64,000 nucleotides of DNA from Nitrospinota bacterium (GCA_016212295.1 JACRGO010000181.1:232-64231), one strand, 5' to 3'. Counted from the stretch's first letter, positions 1 through 9,986 are shown. The notes: generated by a model not told the origin, from the sequence alone. Numbers and translations are program-made.

Positions 1-335
1 TATCTCTGTTATTCATGAGTACTTGAGGTGTAGGCATAGTTTAAATTTTTTTTAACAGTCACTTTTATTAACCGTCTCAAAATAGTATTGATATAACCCG
101 CCCCGGCGCTCCGCGCCACCCCTCCAAGGAGGGGAATTTTTATGTGTGTTCTATTTTGAGACGGTTAATATACGTCTTCTGCATTTCAGAAGAGTCTATA
201 CCACGCCACAGTGAGCGTCAAGCATTTTTTGATGAATAACCTGCCGTTTTGGCTGGATTAAACATTTTACAAAAATCTTCGCGCCAAAATTATTTTTCTT
301 CAGCCTTGTCCTGGTTATGGCCGGCGAATATTTCG

Positions 336-1721
336 TCATTTCCCGATACAGAACTCGCTGAAGATCCTGTCCAGGACCTCGTCAGTGAAACTCTCGCCCG
401 TGATCTCGCCCAGCCAGTCCAAGGCCGAGCGCAGGTCGGCTGCCATGAATTCCAAGGGAAGGGAATCTTTCATGGAGGCCAGGACTCCCTCCAGCGCCTC
501 TGAAGCCTTCCGGAGTTTTTCCTCGTGGCGCATGCGCGTGATGAGGACGTTTTCCGTGAGGTCGATCCCTGAGTCCCAAATCTTTTGGTGGATGGCGTCC
601 TCAAGTTCATATATCCCCTCCCTATTTTTTGCGGAGATGAGGACCAGGGGAGCGCCTCCAAGGATTTCCCGCAAGCGGTCCGTGTCCATCCTTAGTTCCA
701 GGTCGCGCTTATTCACTACCGGGATGATTTTTTTTCCAGCCGCGGCAGCCAAGGTTTCCAGGTCCTCGGCGTCCATTTCCCTGGAGCCGTCAAACACGGC
801 CAGGACCAGATCGGCCCCCTCCAGGACGGCCCTCGTCCGCCGGATCCCCTCCATCTCCACTGCGTCTCCGTTGCCGCGGATGCCCGCCGTGTCAATGATG
901 TTGAGGGCTATCCCTCGCACGTTCACGGCCTCTTCTATAATGTCCCGCGTGGTCCCTGGGACCTCCGCCACTATGGCCCTGTCGTAATTGAGAAGGGCGT
1001 TCAGGAGGCTGGACTTCCCCACATTGGGCCTGCCCACTATGGCGGTGGAGACCCCCTCGCGCAAAATCCTCCCCTGCTGGTAGGTTTTTCCGAGGGCCTT
1101 GATTCTTCCGCGGATTTCCTTTACCCTGGCCGCGACCTCTTCAAGCGATATGGACTCAATCTCATCCTCTGGAAAATCAATGTCCGCCTCCACTCTGGCC
1201 AGTAGGCCGATCAGGCCCTCACGGAACCCTGAGATTTCCTTGCGCAGTCCACCTTCGAGCTGCTTTACCGCGGCGCGGAGGCTTCCCTCCGATGTTGATT
1301 GTATAACCGAGATCACGGCCTCCGCCTGGGTGAGGTCGATCCTCCCGTTCAGGAAGGCCCGCTTGGTGAATTCCCCTGGCTCCGCCATTCTCGCCCCTTG
1401 CCGCAGCGCCTCTCGCAGGATGAGCGACAGGGACAGCCGTCCACCGTGGCAGTGGAACTCCACCACGTCTTCCGCTGTGAAGGAATTGGGCTTCAGCATG
1501 GGGAGCATGACCACCTCGTCTATTTTTTCCCCGGTGTGCGGATTAACGAACTTCCCGACCCTGGCCTTGTGGGATTCCAGGGAGCCGGGATCAATGGCTG
1601 GACTAAAGACCTTTCGAGCAATGGAGAGGGCCTCAGGGCCGCTTACGCGGACGATGCCGATCCCGCCTTCCCCCGGCGGGGTGGAAATCGCGGCTATGGT
1701 GTCCTGAATTGAAGGGGTCAT
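336..1721 (-). CDS. mnmE: tRNA modification GTPase MnmE (TrmE)
   Basis: N-terminus MTPSIQDTIAAISTPPGEGGIGIVRVSG. G-domain motifs GRPNVGKSSLLNAL and DTAGIR. C-terminal FCIGK end typical of MnmE. The ATG at 1721 (MTPS...) is preferred over the track start at 1808, which adds a 29-aa non-conserved extension. Confidence 0.92.
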   Translation of the reverse strand: MTPSIQDTIAAISTPPGEGGIGIVRVSGPEALSIARKVFSPAIDPGSLESHKARVGKFVNPHTGEKIDEVVMLPMLKPNSFTAEDVVEFHCHGGRLSLSLILREALRQGARMAEPGEFTKRAFLNGRIDLTQAEAVISVIQSTSEGSLRAAVKQLEGGLRKEISGFREGLIGLLARVEADIDFPEDEIESISLEEVAARVKEIRGRIKALGKTYQQGRILREGVSTAIVGRPNVGKSSLLNALLNYDRAIVAEVPGTTRDIIEEAVNVRGIALNIIDTAGIRGNGDAVEMEGIRRTRAVLEGADLVLAVFDGSREMDAEDLETLAAAAGKKIIPVVNKRDLELRMDTDRLREILGGAPLVLISAKNREGIYELEDAIHQKIWDSGIDLTENVLITRMRHEEKLRKASEALEGVLASMKDSLPLEFMAADLRSALDWLGEITGESFTDEVLDRIFSEFCIGK

Positions 1722-1814
1722 GCGTATGATTATACAATAAATAGAAAAGCCCGGGCGCAAGAAGTTAAAATTTTTGCGTTCATCATGTGTCATGGAAAAC
1801 GGCTTCACTCAAAA

Positions 1815-1935
1815 TTGCAGGGGAAACCACATCCCCCTTGGTCCCCCTTTGGTAAGGGGGAATATGGGAAACGCCCCTAAAATTAGGATCTGTTTTAATT
1901 CCCCCTTGGCAAGGGGGATTAAGGGGGATATAAAA
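1815..1935. repeat. G5/C5 double-hairpin intergenic element (family A), inverted and diverged copy
   Basis: Contains cccccttggcaaggggg and ccccctttggtaaggggg hairpins. The reverse complement aligns with the elements at 31743-31878 and 39810-39945 (shared blocks ccccttgccaagggggaatt and atattccccctta..aagggggaccaagggggatgt), with a roughly 35 bp insertion. Confidence 0.6.
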
Positions 1936-2008
1936 ATAGCTAATGAGGCTTTCCCCGGTTTTCCATGACAACCCTGTGAACGTTGCCAAATTTTTTCATC
2001 AATTGCCA

Positions 2009-2707
2009 ATGAAAAACCGTCTCCTTTTTTTATTTTTGATTATGTTGATTAACGTGTCCTGCGGCGCGGAGGACTTGGCCGTGGAGCGCGGCTCCATGGT
2101 GGAGGAGCAGATCATGGCCAGGGGGGTGAAGGACCAACGCGTCCTCGATGCCATGCGCTTTGTGCCTAGACATTTTTTCGTGCTCCCGGATGACGTTCAT
2201 CTCGCATATGCCGACCAGCCGCTGTATATAGGAGAAGGCCAGACCATATCCCAGCCCTATATCGTGGCCCTGATGAGCGAATTAATGGACCTCAAGGGCG
2301 GGGAAAGGGTCCTGGAAATCGGGACCGGCTCCGGATATCAGGCCGCGGTCCTTTCCCGTTTATGCAAGGAGGTATACACAGTGGAAATCGTGGAGGGACT
2401 GTACCAAAGGTCGGCCGCCTTGCTCCGGAAATTGGGATACGAGAACATCTTTGTCCGCCTGTGTGACGGGTACCAGGGGTGGGAGGAGAAGGCCCCCTTT
2501 GACGCAATAATGGTCACTGCCGCGGTCCGGCGCATTCCACCTAAATTGGTGGAACAATTAAGGGAAGGAGGCCGCCTTGTCATCCCTTTGGGGGACTCCG
2601 CTTTCTCGCAAAATTTGACCGTGGCGACCAAAAAGGGAAAGGATTTGGATATCAGGAAGGTTATTCCAGTGATTTTCGTGCCCATGACTGGGAAGATCAG
2701 GGAATGA
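2009..2707 (+). CDS. pcm: protein-L-isoaspartate O-methyltransferase
   Basis: SAM-binding motif VLEIGTGSGYQAAVL. Conserved ISQPYIVALMSELMDLKGGERVLE block. The N-terminus is hydrophobic and signal-peptide-like (MKNRLLFLFLIMLINVSCG), so the start is uncertain; alternatives are 1943 and the MVEEQ Met at 2096. Confidence 0.85.
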   Translation: MKNRLLFLFLIMLINVSCGAEDLAVERGSMVEEQIMARGVKDQRVLDAMRFVPRHFFVLPDDVHLAYADQPLYIGEGQTISQPYIVALMSELMDLKGGERVLEIGTGSGYQAAVLSRLCKEVYTVEIVEGLYQRSAALLRKLGYENIFVRLCDGYQGWEEKAPFDAIMVTAAVRRIPPKLVEQLREGGRLVIPLGDSAFSQNLTVATKKGKDLDIRKVIPVIFVPMTGKIRE

Positions 2708-2816
2708 ATGGCAAGGGTTGCGGAAATTTTACCTGAATCTAACCCGCCTGGAACTACATCTTTATTTTTGGAAGGCCTGAAAAAACATTAACATACTTGA
2801 TTTTAATTCAAGAAAG

Positions 2817-3431
2817 ATGGTATCAAAATCAGGTATGAATAATGACGACCAGCAACTAGTAGAGGGATTAAAGAAAAAGGACATAAATGCCTTTGAATAC
2901 TTTTTCAATGAATACCACAAGAAAATCTTCGGGCTTATTTATAAATTAACCAAAAATGAAACTGACGCCCAGGATTTGACCCAGGAGGTTTTTTTAAAGG
3001 TCCTTGAGAAAGTGAACACCTTCGAGGGGAGATCGGCCTTTTCCAGTTGGGTTTATAGGATAGCGGTAAACACCGCGTTCATGAGGCTCAGGACAAAGAG
3101 AAACCAGCCCCAGTTGTCCCTGGATTCCCTGTTGCCCCAGTTCCATGAAAGCGGATATCAGAAGCAAATGGCCAAGGACTGGTCCAGGGAGGTGGAAGGG
3201 GCCATTTTGAACGAGGAATTCAAGGAGACAATCAACGCGGCGATTGATAAATTGCCGGAGAAGGAAAAAATCGTCTTTATCCTGCGGGACGTGGAAGAGA
3301 TATCAACGGAAAAAGTGGGTGATATCCTGGGACTTTCCGTGCCGGCGGTGAAATCAAGACTGCACAGGGCCAGGCTTTTTCTGAGGAAAAGACTTTCCAA
3401 ATATTTTGAAAAACTTCAAGAGGTAGGATAA
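2817..3431 (+). CDS. ECF-type RNA polymerase sigma-70 factor (sigma-24 family)
   Basis: Region 2 motif DLTQEVFLKVLEKVNTFEGRSAFSSWVYRIAVNTAFMRLR. Region 4 HTH ISTEKVGDILGLSVPAVKSRLHRARLFLRK. Confidence 0.9.
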   Translation: MVSKSGMNNDDQQLVEGLKKKDINAFEYFFNEYHKKIFGLIYKLTKNETDAQDLTQEVFLKVLEKVNTFEGRSAFSSWVYRIAVNTAFMRLRTKRNQPQLSLDSLLPQFHESGYQKQMAKDWSREVEGAILNEEFKETINAAIDKLPEKEKIVFILRDVEEISTEKVGDILGLSVPAVKSRLHRARLFLRKRLSKYFEKLQEVG

Positions 3432-3432
3432 T

Positions 3433-3675
3433 ATGGTCTGCAAGGAGTGCATTGATACACTTGGAGATTACCTGGACGGTTCGTTGCGGGAAGACCTGAA
3501 GCTGGAGTTGGATGAGCATTTCAAGGACTGCCCTCCATGCGTGGCTTTTTTCAACACTTACAAGAAAACCACCCGCCTTTGCAAGGACGCGCTCACCGAA
3601 GTTTCAGTGCCGGAGGAGGTTTGGGCCGGCATCAGGTCCCATCTATTTGAAAAGATCCGGCTGCAAATTTCATAA
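3433..3675 (+). CDS. zinc-binding anti-sigma factor (ZAS family, soluble, RsrA/ChrR-like)
   Basis: 80 aa with no transmembrane segment. Cysteines at CKEC and an H-x3-C-x2-C motif (HFKDCPPC). The start lies 2 nt after the sigma-factor stop, indicating translational coupling. Confidence 0.7.
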   Translation: MVCKECIDTLGDYLDGSLREDLKLELDEHFKDCPPCVAFFNTYKKTTRLCKDALTEVSVPEEVWAGIRSHLFEKIRLQIS

Positions 3676-3708
3676 GTGCGCTTTTGGGGAATCTACAAAT
3701 TTAAAATA

Positions 3709-3780
3709 TACCGCGGAGACGCTGAGAAAAATTTATTGGCATTAAAGACTTTTTTCTCAGCGTCTCTGTGTCTCAGCGGT
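3709..3780. terminator. GC-rich hairpin element (family C) downstream of the sigma/anti-sigma pair
   Basis: Arms ccgcggagacgctgagaaaaa and ttttttctcagcgtctc flank a 20-nt loop. Related hairpins occur at 25917, 35775, 38663 and 59999. Confidence 0.55.
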
Positions 3781-3834
3781 TCAAATCCATAGCGGTGAAG
3801 ACGCGATAATGATATAAACGGAAAGGCTGGTTTC

Positions 3835-5346
3835 ATGAAGATACTTTTTAAAAAAGGCGATCCTTTAAAGATAAAGACCGATTGTCTGATTTTGGGTCTT
3901 TTCGAAACCGAAAAACTTCCTCGGGAAATCCAGGCCCTGGACCGGATTTTAAACCGGACCATTTCCAAGGCCATTCAGGGAAAAAGCTTCAAAGGCGGAC
4001 TCAAGGAAAGTTTTTTCACCTTTACGCTTGGGAAGATAGAGCCTCTTTCCATTTTGCTGATCGGCCTTGGGAAAAAGGAGGAACTGACGATCGACAGGCT
4101 TCGCCAGGCCGCCGGGATCTCCTGCGGCGAGGCCAGAAAAAACAAGGCGTCCAAAATATGCAGCCTGCTTATTAATATTGAGCGCAAGGGCTTGGCTCGC
4201 GATCTTCTCGCGCAGGCCGCGGCCGAGGGGTCCATTCTGTCTCAATACCGTTTCCTCCAGCACAAGACCGAAAATGAAAAAAACAAGAAAATCGAGGAGA
4301 TCGTCTTTTTAGCCTTGCATGATGATAAAAACGCCAAGGCAATTGCCAATGCCGTGGATGTCGCGAAAAAGATTTGCGACGCGGTTGTCTTCGCCCGCGA
4401 CATGATTTCCCAGCCCGGCAATATAGCCACGCCTGCTTTTCTCGCGAACGAAGCAAGGAAAATGGCCTCAAAGTCCGGCATAAAGAGCAAGATACTGGAC
4501 CGCAAGAACATGAAAGACCTGGGAATGGGAGGATTGCTGGGAGTCGCCAAGGGAAGCGAGGAGGAGCCAAAATTCATTATCCTGGAATATTGGGGAGGAA
4601 ATAAAAAAGACGCGCCCCTTGTGCTGGTGGGAAAAGGGCTGACCTTCGATTCAGGCGGCATATCCATCAAGCCAAGCCAGAACATGGAAGAGATGAAAAC
4701 CGATATGTCAGGCGGCGCCGCGGTTATCGGCGCCCTTAAGGCGGTTTCGGACTTGAAACTGAAACTGAACGTTGTCGGGCTCGTCCCCGCCACTGAGAAC
4801 ATGCCTGACGGGAAGGCAAGCAAGCCAGGGGATGTGCTGGCCACCATTTCCGGCAAGACCATTGAAGTCATAAACACCGACGCGGAAGGACGCCTTATTC
4901 TTGCGGACGCCCTGGGCTACGCCGGGCGGTACAAGCCCTCGGCCGTTATTGATATAGCCACCCTGACCGGGGCCTGCTTTATCGCCTTGGGCCGGCACGC
5001 CTCCGGCCTGATGGGGACAGACAAGGAATTGATGGATTCCCTCGTTGCGGCAGGGGAGCTAACCGGGGAGAGGGTCTGGCCCTTGCCCCTTTTCGATGAG
5101 TATACCGAGCAGATCAAGAGCGACGTGGCGGACATGAAGAACACCGGAGGACGCGGGGGCGGGGCCATCACGGCAGCGGCGCTGCTGAAAAAATTCACCT
5201 CATATAAATGGGCCCACATCGACATAGCTGGAACGGCGTGGATTGATGACAAGGACAAGCCTTATATTCCCAAGGGCGCCGTTGGCGTGGGCGTCAGGCT
5301 TTTCCTGCAATTCCTGCGGGACGCTGAAACAAGAAAGGGTAAGTGA
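3835..5346 (+). CDS. pepA: leucyl aminopeptidase (M17 family)
   Basis: M17 signature NTDAEGRLILADAL and surrounding catalytic-domain blocks (VGKGLTFDSGGISIKP). The RBS ggaaagg lies upstream. Confidence 0.93.
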   Translation: MKILFKKGDPLKIKTDCLILGLFETEKLPREIQALDRILNRTISKAIQGKSFKGGLKESFFTFTLGKIEPLSILLIGLGKKEELTIDRLRQAAGISCGEARKNKASKICSLLINIERKGLARDLLAQAAAEGSILSQYRFLQHKTENEKNKKIEEIVFLALHDDKNAKAIANAVDVAKKICDAVVFARDMISQPGNIATPAFLANEARKMASKSGIKSKILDRKNMKDLGMGGLLGVAKGSEEEPKFIILEYWGGNKKDAPLVLVGKGLTFDSGGISIKPSQNMEEMKTDMSGGAAVIGALKAVSDLKLKLNVVGLVPATENMPDGKASKPGDVLATISGKTIEVINTDAEGRLILADALGYAGRYKPSAVIDIATLTGACFIALGRHASGLMGTDKELMDSLVAAGELTGERVWPLPLFDEYTEQIKSDVADMKNTGGRGGGAITAAALLKKFTSYKWAHIDIAGTAWIDDKDKPYIPKGAVGVGVRLFLQFLRDAETRKGK

Positions 5347-5440
5347 CTAAAGTTTAAAGTGAGCTAAAGTTGCGGTAGAAAAACAATTTTTTGTTTTTAA
5401 CTTTAGTTCACTTTAAATTCGGTTGCGGCGCAGCCGCGCC
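5343..5440. repeat. 'ctaaagt' palindromic element (family B) overlapping the pepA stop codon
   Basis: gtgactaaagtttaaagtgagctaaagttgcggtag ... aactttagttcactttaaatt followed by a GC clamp. Related to the elements at 31628 and 37613. Confidence 0.6.
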
Positions 5441-5511
5441 ATGTTCCTTTGTGGCTTAGTGTCTTAGTGGCAAAAAAAAATGACGGCTTCTAATCAAGGA
5501 AGGACAAAAAG

Positions 5512-6246
5512 ATGGCGAAAATAAGGGTCTACCAACTTGCCGAGAAATGGGGATTCGATAAACTTTGGCTGGTTGAGGAATTGAATAAAAGGGGACACCA
5601 CGTTAAAAATCACCTTTCCTCACTGGATGAATCGGCGCTGGACTTTAAGCCTGAAGACCTGCCGCCTGAAGGGAGAAAGAAAGTTGAAGTATCGGAAGAA
5701 GGCAAGCCAGGGGCAGGTGAAATTAAAAAAATCCCGAAAAAGGCATTCAGTAAAAACACTGGATCCGCCACGGCCGGCATGTTGAAAGAAGCTCCGGCCA
5801 TGTGCACCGGGACCAGCGTAAAGGAAATGCAGGGTTACGGGACGGAAAAACCCGGTGATTCAATGTTATCTCTTCCGGGCGTTTCCCTGGCCATTGCCAT
5901 CGTGGCCGGTCTTATTTCCCTGGCGGCGATATTCGTTGCGCAGTCAGGGGGAGGTTCCGAGCCAAATTCGGCTGTCCTTGCGGCAAAGGCCATGGCAAGG
6001 GAGCAAATCTTAAAGGACCTTTCGCAAAAGTTAAAGGAACAGGAGGCATTGATAAGGGAACTCCTGAAGGATACTGTGGTGAAATCCGAAAAATCCACGT
6101 CCTTGAACCAACTTCATTCCCAGGCCAAAATACTGAAAGAGCTTGCCTCAAGGACCGGCGTGGCGGATAAAGAGCGGCTGGAGGAGGTGGAGAAAGCGGT
6201 GGAGGAATTGGTCCGGTCCGAGGACGAAAGACCTGTTAAGTATTAG
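5512..6246 (+). CDS. hypothetical membrane protein with IF2-N-like N-terminal domain and C-terminal coiled coil
   Basis: The N-terminus MAKIRVYQLAEKWGFDKLWLVEELNKRG resembles the IF-2 N-terminal (IF2_N) motif. There is one transmembrane helix (LAIAIVAGLISLAAIFVAQ) and a K/E-rich coiled coil. RBS aaggaagg. Confidence 0.55.
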   Translation: MAKIRVYQLAEKWGFDKLWLVEELNKRGHHVKNHLSSLDESALDFKPEDLPPEGRKKVEVSEEGKPGAGEIKKIPKKAFSKNTGSATAGMLKEAPAMCTGTSVKEMQGYGTEKPGDSMLSLPGVSLAIAIVAGLISLAAIFVAQSGGGSEPNSAVLAAKAMAREQILKDLSQKLKEQEALIRELLKDTVVKSEKSTSLNQLHSQAKILKELASRTGVADKERLEEVEKAVEELVRSEDERPVKY

Positions 6247-6498
6247 CATGGAAATTTTCATTTTTATCTCTGATGAATCTAACAGTTACATATTATCGGC
6301 ATCCGGCATATTCATTGGTCAATAGTCATTTGTCATTGATAAGCAGTAAGACGCCTTAATGACCGGCGACTAATGACTTCGCCTTAAGGGCGATAGGCTC
6401 AGACGGCGCTACTGTTTTACTGAAAAAAGTAATTAAAGGTATTACAACATCCTGTCGATACATAATTATTGAGTTTAATAATTTAGAGAGGAACCATC

Positions 6499-6684
6499 AT
6501 GAAAGTCTCAGGAGCAGGACCAAAAGTCACTTCAGGCGCCAGCGCCAGCCGTCCAATGCCCCAAAGCAAGCCCCCAGCCGGCGGCCAAGCGGCGGGCGGT
6601 TCCAGCGCGGCCTCCAGTGTTCATGCGCTGAAAGCAGCCATGGCAGGCCAAGGCAAGGGGACAAAAGTTAATATCGTCGCTTAA
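6499..6684 (+). CDS. small Ala/Gly/Ser-rich basic protein (61 aa), hypothetical
   Basis: RBS gagagg lies 7 nt upstream of the ATG and a strong hairpin terminator lies immediately downstream. The sequence is low-complexity and the call is speculative. Confidence 0.3.
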   Translation: MKVSGAGPKVTSGASASRPMPQSKPPAGGQAAGGSSAASSVHALKAAMAGQGKGTKVNIVA

Positions 6685-6698
6685 TAGCGCAAGCAAAC

Positions 6699-6745
6699 CA
6701 TGTCGGATCGCTCCAGGGAAGGAGCTATCCGACATGGTTTTCATC
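6699..6745 (+). terminator. rho-independent terminator-like hairpin
   Basis: A 14-bp perfect stem aaaccatgtcggat / atccgacatggttt followed by a T-run. Confidence 0.6.
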
Positions 6746-6792
6746 TAGGCCGGTTGCCTGCGGCATGCCTGAAGTTCATTCCTCTTTGAAAC

Positions 6793-7749
6793 ATGCTTGA
6801 CCTCTACAGCTTTCCGTTCTCAGCGATGGGGACGGAGTGCAACCTTCATTTTTACTCCACCAACTCTTCCAAAGCCCAGGAAGTGTCCCAAGCAGCCATC
6901 TCCGAAGTAAACAGAATCGAAGCCCGTTATTCGAGGTACAATACAGACAGTCTGCTTTCCGAGATAAATCGCGTCGCTCAGACAGGCGGGAGCATTACGC
7001 TTGATGAGGAAACCGGCGGATTGCTGGACTACGCCTACGCCTGCCATGAACACAGCGGCGGACTATTCGATATCAGTTGCGGAATCCTGCGCCAGGCCTG
7101 GGATTTCTCATCCAACACTCTGCCAAAAAAGGAAACCATGGAAAACCTGCTTGCGAGAATCGGCCTTGATAAAATCTCATGGGACCCGCCCAATCTCAGA
7201 TTTTCGGTCCCGGGCATGGAATTGGATTTAGGGGGGATAGGAAAGGAATACGCCTCGGACAGGGTCGCTGAAATCTGCGTCTCAATGGGAATTCAGCATG
7301 GGTTGGTTGATTTGGGAGGAGATATCAACGTCTTCGGTCCACATCCGGATCAGGAGCCATGGATTATCGGGATCCGGGACCCCAAGCAAACCGGCTCTAT
7401 TTTAGGAGAAGTTCAGATTTTTCAGGGATCTCTTGCCAGCAGCGGTGATTACGAACGTTGCATGGTGATAGACGGGAAACGTTATAGCCATATCATAAGC
7501 CCCATAACCGGATGGCCGGTGTCCGGATTGGCGTCAGTAAGCGTGGTTTCGGATAAATGCATAGTGGCCGGAAGCATTTGCACCATCGCCATGTTAAAGG
7601 GCATTGACGGCATTGAATGGCTTAAGGAAATAGACGCGCGCCATTCATGGATTGATGAAAACGGCAGGCAAGGCGGATCGGCGGGATTTTGGAGCCGGCC
7701 GAAAGCTCCTGGCCTTAACCCGGGCAAGCCGGAACAAGAAGGACTTTAA
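6793..7749 (+). CDS. apbE: FAD:protein FMN transferase (ApbE family)
   Basis: ApbE family blocks (SAMGT near the N-terminus, DLGGIGKEYA, GDYER..). Confidence 0.85.
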   Translation: MLDLYSFPFSAMGTECNLHFYSTNSSKAQEVSQAAISEVNRIEARYSRYNTDSLLSEINRVAQTGGSITLDEETGGLLDYAYACHEHSGGLFDISCGILRQAWDFSSNTLPKKETMENLLARIGLDKISWDPPNLRFSVPGMELDLGGIGKEYASDRVAEICVSMGIQHGLVDLGGDINVFGPHPDQEPWIIGIRDPKQTGSILGEVQIFQGSLASSGDYERCMVIDGKRYSHIISPITGWPVSGLASVSVVSDKCIVAGSICTIAMLKGIDGIEWLKEIDARHSWIDENGRQGGSAGFWSRPKAPGLNPGKPEQEGL

Positions 7750-7951
7750 TACGGAAATTCTCAGAATAGGCGAGTAAGTATCCAATAAAGAATAAAAAAA
7801 GGTAATAGTTCAATTCTTTTTTTGACAGGATGAACAGGACGAAAACATCATGTTCATCCTGTTATCCTGTCTAAAATAGTTTTTATAGGTAAGTATTTAC
7901 AGTAATTTCTGGCCGCGCGAACCTCTAAAACGGGATTGAAATAAACGCCTC

Positions 7952-7980
7952 TTGTAAAAAATGCAAATGTTTCCTATTAT
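7952..7980 (+). promoter_or_regulatory. sigma-70-like promoter for the chemoreceptor gene
   Basis: ttgtaa (7952-7957), a 17-bp spacer, then tattat (7975-7980). The RBS aaggag is at 8001-8006 and the ATG at 8011. Confidence 0.45.
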
Positions 7981-8010
7981 AGTTCAATAATTTACAAAAG
8001 AAAAAAGGAG

Positions 8011-9918
8011 ATGGCTATGAAAACCCTGAAGGGAAAATTTCTGGCGTTGTTTATTTTCTTCATTGCAGTGAATATTTTGGCGGGCGTTTTTGTTATAAAC
8101 ACCATTTCCAAGCAGAAGGCCGATGCGGTGGTCATCAATCTGGCCGGAAAACAACGCATGTTGTCCCAGAAGATGACCAAGGAGGCGTTCGCCATGAGCC
8201 AGGGCATAGAGAAGGAAGACGCCTTGAAAGGCACGATGGAACTATTTGAGAGGACCCTGGTAGGGCTTCTCAACGGAGACAGCGGGCTGGGGCTTCCTCC
8301 AACCAGGAATATCCAGGTAGTCGCCCAACTTAATAAGATAACGCCGCTCTGGAAGGACTTCAAGAAAAACCTTGATGCAATTAAAGGCTCGGCGAATGAG
8401 AGGAGCCAGGCCCTGGCGTTTATCTCCGGGCATGACGCGGAACTAATGGGGAAGATGAACGAGTCGGTTGAAATGATGGAAAAGGCCGGACTTCCTTCCC
8501 AGGTCATCAACCTTGCCGGGAGGCAGAGGATGCTGATACAAAAGCTGTCCAAGGAGTCGTCCCTGCTCTGCCAGGGAAATGTATCCGAGGAAACCCTTTT
8601 AAAGACCTCGGACCTTTTTGGCAAGACCTTGGATGGGCTTATCCAGGGCGACAAGGATTTGGGCCTGGCCGCCTTGGATGACAAGAATATCCTGGCCAAG
8701 CTGAAGGAAACAGAAAAACTCTGGAAGCAATTCCTGGAAAATATCCGGCTGGTCGTCAAGGGCTCCGGGGAGATCAACCAAGCCCTCTCATACGTCCAGG
8801 CCAATAATCTGGCCCTGCTCACGGACAGCAATCTCACAGTTGGAATGTTCGAGGATGAATCAAGGGGCAAGGTGGAGCGGCTGCAGGCCATCCAGTGGAT
8901 CGTGGTTCTCATAATGGTCCTTTCGGTCCTCATGGGCTGGGTCTTTATTGTCAGCCCTTTGGTCAAACTCCTTACCCAGACTGTGCAGGACATGACCGAA
9001 GGCGCCACCCAGGTGTCATCGGCGTCGGAACAGGTTTCCCAGTCCTCTCAAAGTCTCGCGGAGGGGGCCAATGACCAGGCGGCCTCGCTTGAGGAAACCT
9101 CCTCTTCCCTCGAGGAAATGGCGGCCATGACCAATAAGACCTCCGAAGGGGCGGCCTTCGCCAATTCCCTGGCCCAGGAATGCAGACAGGGGGCGGAGGA
9201 AGGGATGAAGGCCATGGAGCAGACCATTGCTTCCATGGGAAAAATAAACGATTCCACGGGCCAGATGGGAAAAATCATCAAGACCATTGAGGAAATCGCC
9301 TTCCAGACAAACCTGCTGGCCTTGAACGCCGCTGTTGAAGCGGCCCGCGCCGGCGAAGCGGGCAAGGGGTTCGCAGTGGTTGCTGAGGAGGTCAGGAACC
9401 TGGCCCAGAGAAGCGCCACCGCGGCCAAGGACACCTCCACTCTGATAGCGGAGAGTATTGCCAGGGCGGAAGAAGGGAAAAAAATCGCGGAAACCGCCGG
9501 CTCGTCCCTCACAAAGGTTTTGGAGGAAATCCAGAAGGTCGCGGAGCACTTAAAGCAAATCACCATGTCCGCGCGGGAGCAATCCGACGGCGTGACGCAA
9601 GTCAGCAAGGCCGTCACCGCAATGGACCGCGTGACCCAGCAAAACGCCGCCACTGCGGAGGAGTCCGCGGCAGCGAGCGAGGAGTTGTCCGCCCAGGCCG
9701 CCCATCTCAAGGAAGTGGTCAACAGGATTTTAAATTTGGTTACAGGCGAGGAAGGCTCGCTTGAAGCGGACCGGATTCCTTCCGTTGCGAGAAAACCGGT
9801 TTTGGCGAGAAAATTTCAGCGTCCCCTTCCCCAGGCGGCGCGAAAAAAGACCAACGGTTTCAAGGCCATCCCCCCGAAACGGGAAGTCCGTCCCGACGAA
9901 GTTATACCAATGGATTAG
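8011..9918 (+). CDS. methyl-accepting chemotaxis protein with duplicated PilJ/NIT-type periplasmic sensor repeats
   Basis: One N-terminal transmembrane helix. Two copies of the INLAG(K/R)QRML(S/I)QK(M/L)(T/S)KE motif. A second transmembrane helix and HAMP domain. MCP signalling domain [39 protein letters not shown]. Confidence 0.9.
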   Translation: MAMKTLKGKFLALFIFFIAVNILAGVFVINTISKQKADAVVINLAGKQRMLSQKMTKEAFAMSQGIEKEDALKGTMELFERTLVGLLNGDSGLGLPPTRNIQVVAQLNKITPLWKDFKKNLDAIKGSANERSQALAFISGHDAELMGKMNESVEMMEKAGLPSQVINLAGRQRMLIQKLSKESSLLCQGNVSEETLLKTSDLFGKTLDGLIQGDKDLGLAALDDKNILAKLKETEKLWKQFLENIRLVVKGSGEINQALSYVQANNLALLTDSNLTVGMFEDESRGKVERLQAIQWIVVLIMVLSVLMGWVFIVSPLVKLLTQTVQDMTEGATQVSSASEQVSQSSQSLAEGANDQAASLEETSSSLEEMAAMTNKTSEGAAFANSLAQECRQGAEEGMKAMEQTIASMGKINDSTGQMGKIIKTIEEIAFQTNLLALNAAVEAARAGEAGKGFAVVAEEVRNLAQRSATAAKDTSTLIAESIARAEEGKKIAETAGSSLTKVLEEIQKVAEHLKQITMSAREQSDGVTQVSKAVTAMDRVTQQNAATAEESAAASEELSAQAAHLKEVVNRILNLVTGEEGSLEADRIPSVARKPVLARKFQRPLPQAARKKTNGFKAIPPKREVRPDEVIPMD

Positions 9919-9920
9919 CG

Positions 9921-9985
9921 AATTATCGGGGATTTCAGATTTGGGATTTCAGATTTGAGATTTAAATCCAAAATATCGAAAATAA
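9921..9985. repeat. AT-rich tandem octamer repeats (gatttcag/gatttgag), family E
   Basis: gatttcagatttgggatttcagatttgagatttaaatcc. Related to the array at 11828-11908. Confidence 0.6.
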
Positions 9986-9986
9986 A

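Noticed and set aside
385-1712. Plus-strand ORFs of 200, 202 and 137 aa overlapping mnmE
   Set aside because: Antisense shadow ORFs inside a well-supported conserved gene. Low-complexity Ser/Arg/Pro-rich translations.
1774-2009. Three short ORFs across the mnmE-pcm spacer
   Set aside because: They run through the G5/C5 hairpin repeat. The Pro/Gly-rich translations are generated by the C/G runs.
3770-3800. tRNA-like T-loop motif ggttcaaatcc
   Set aside because: The flanks do not form a T-stem or any acceptor/anticodon arms. The motif is part of the family C hairpin repeat.
7992-9722. Minus-strand ORFs (338, 177 and 224 aa) opposite the chemoreceptor gene
   Set aside because: Antisense to a clearly conserved MCP. 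The translations are low-complexity with no motifs.
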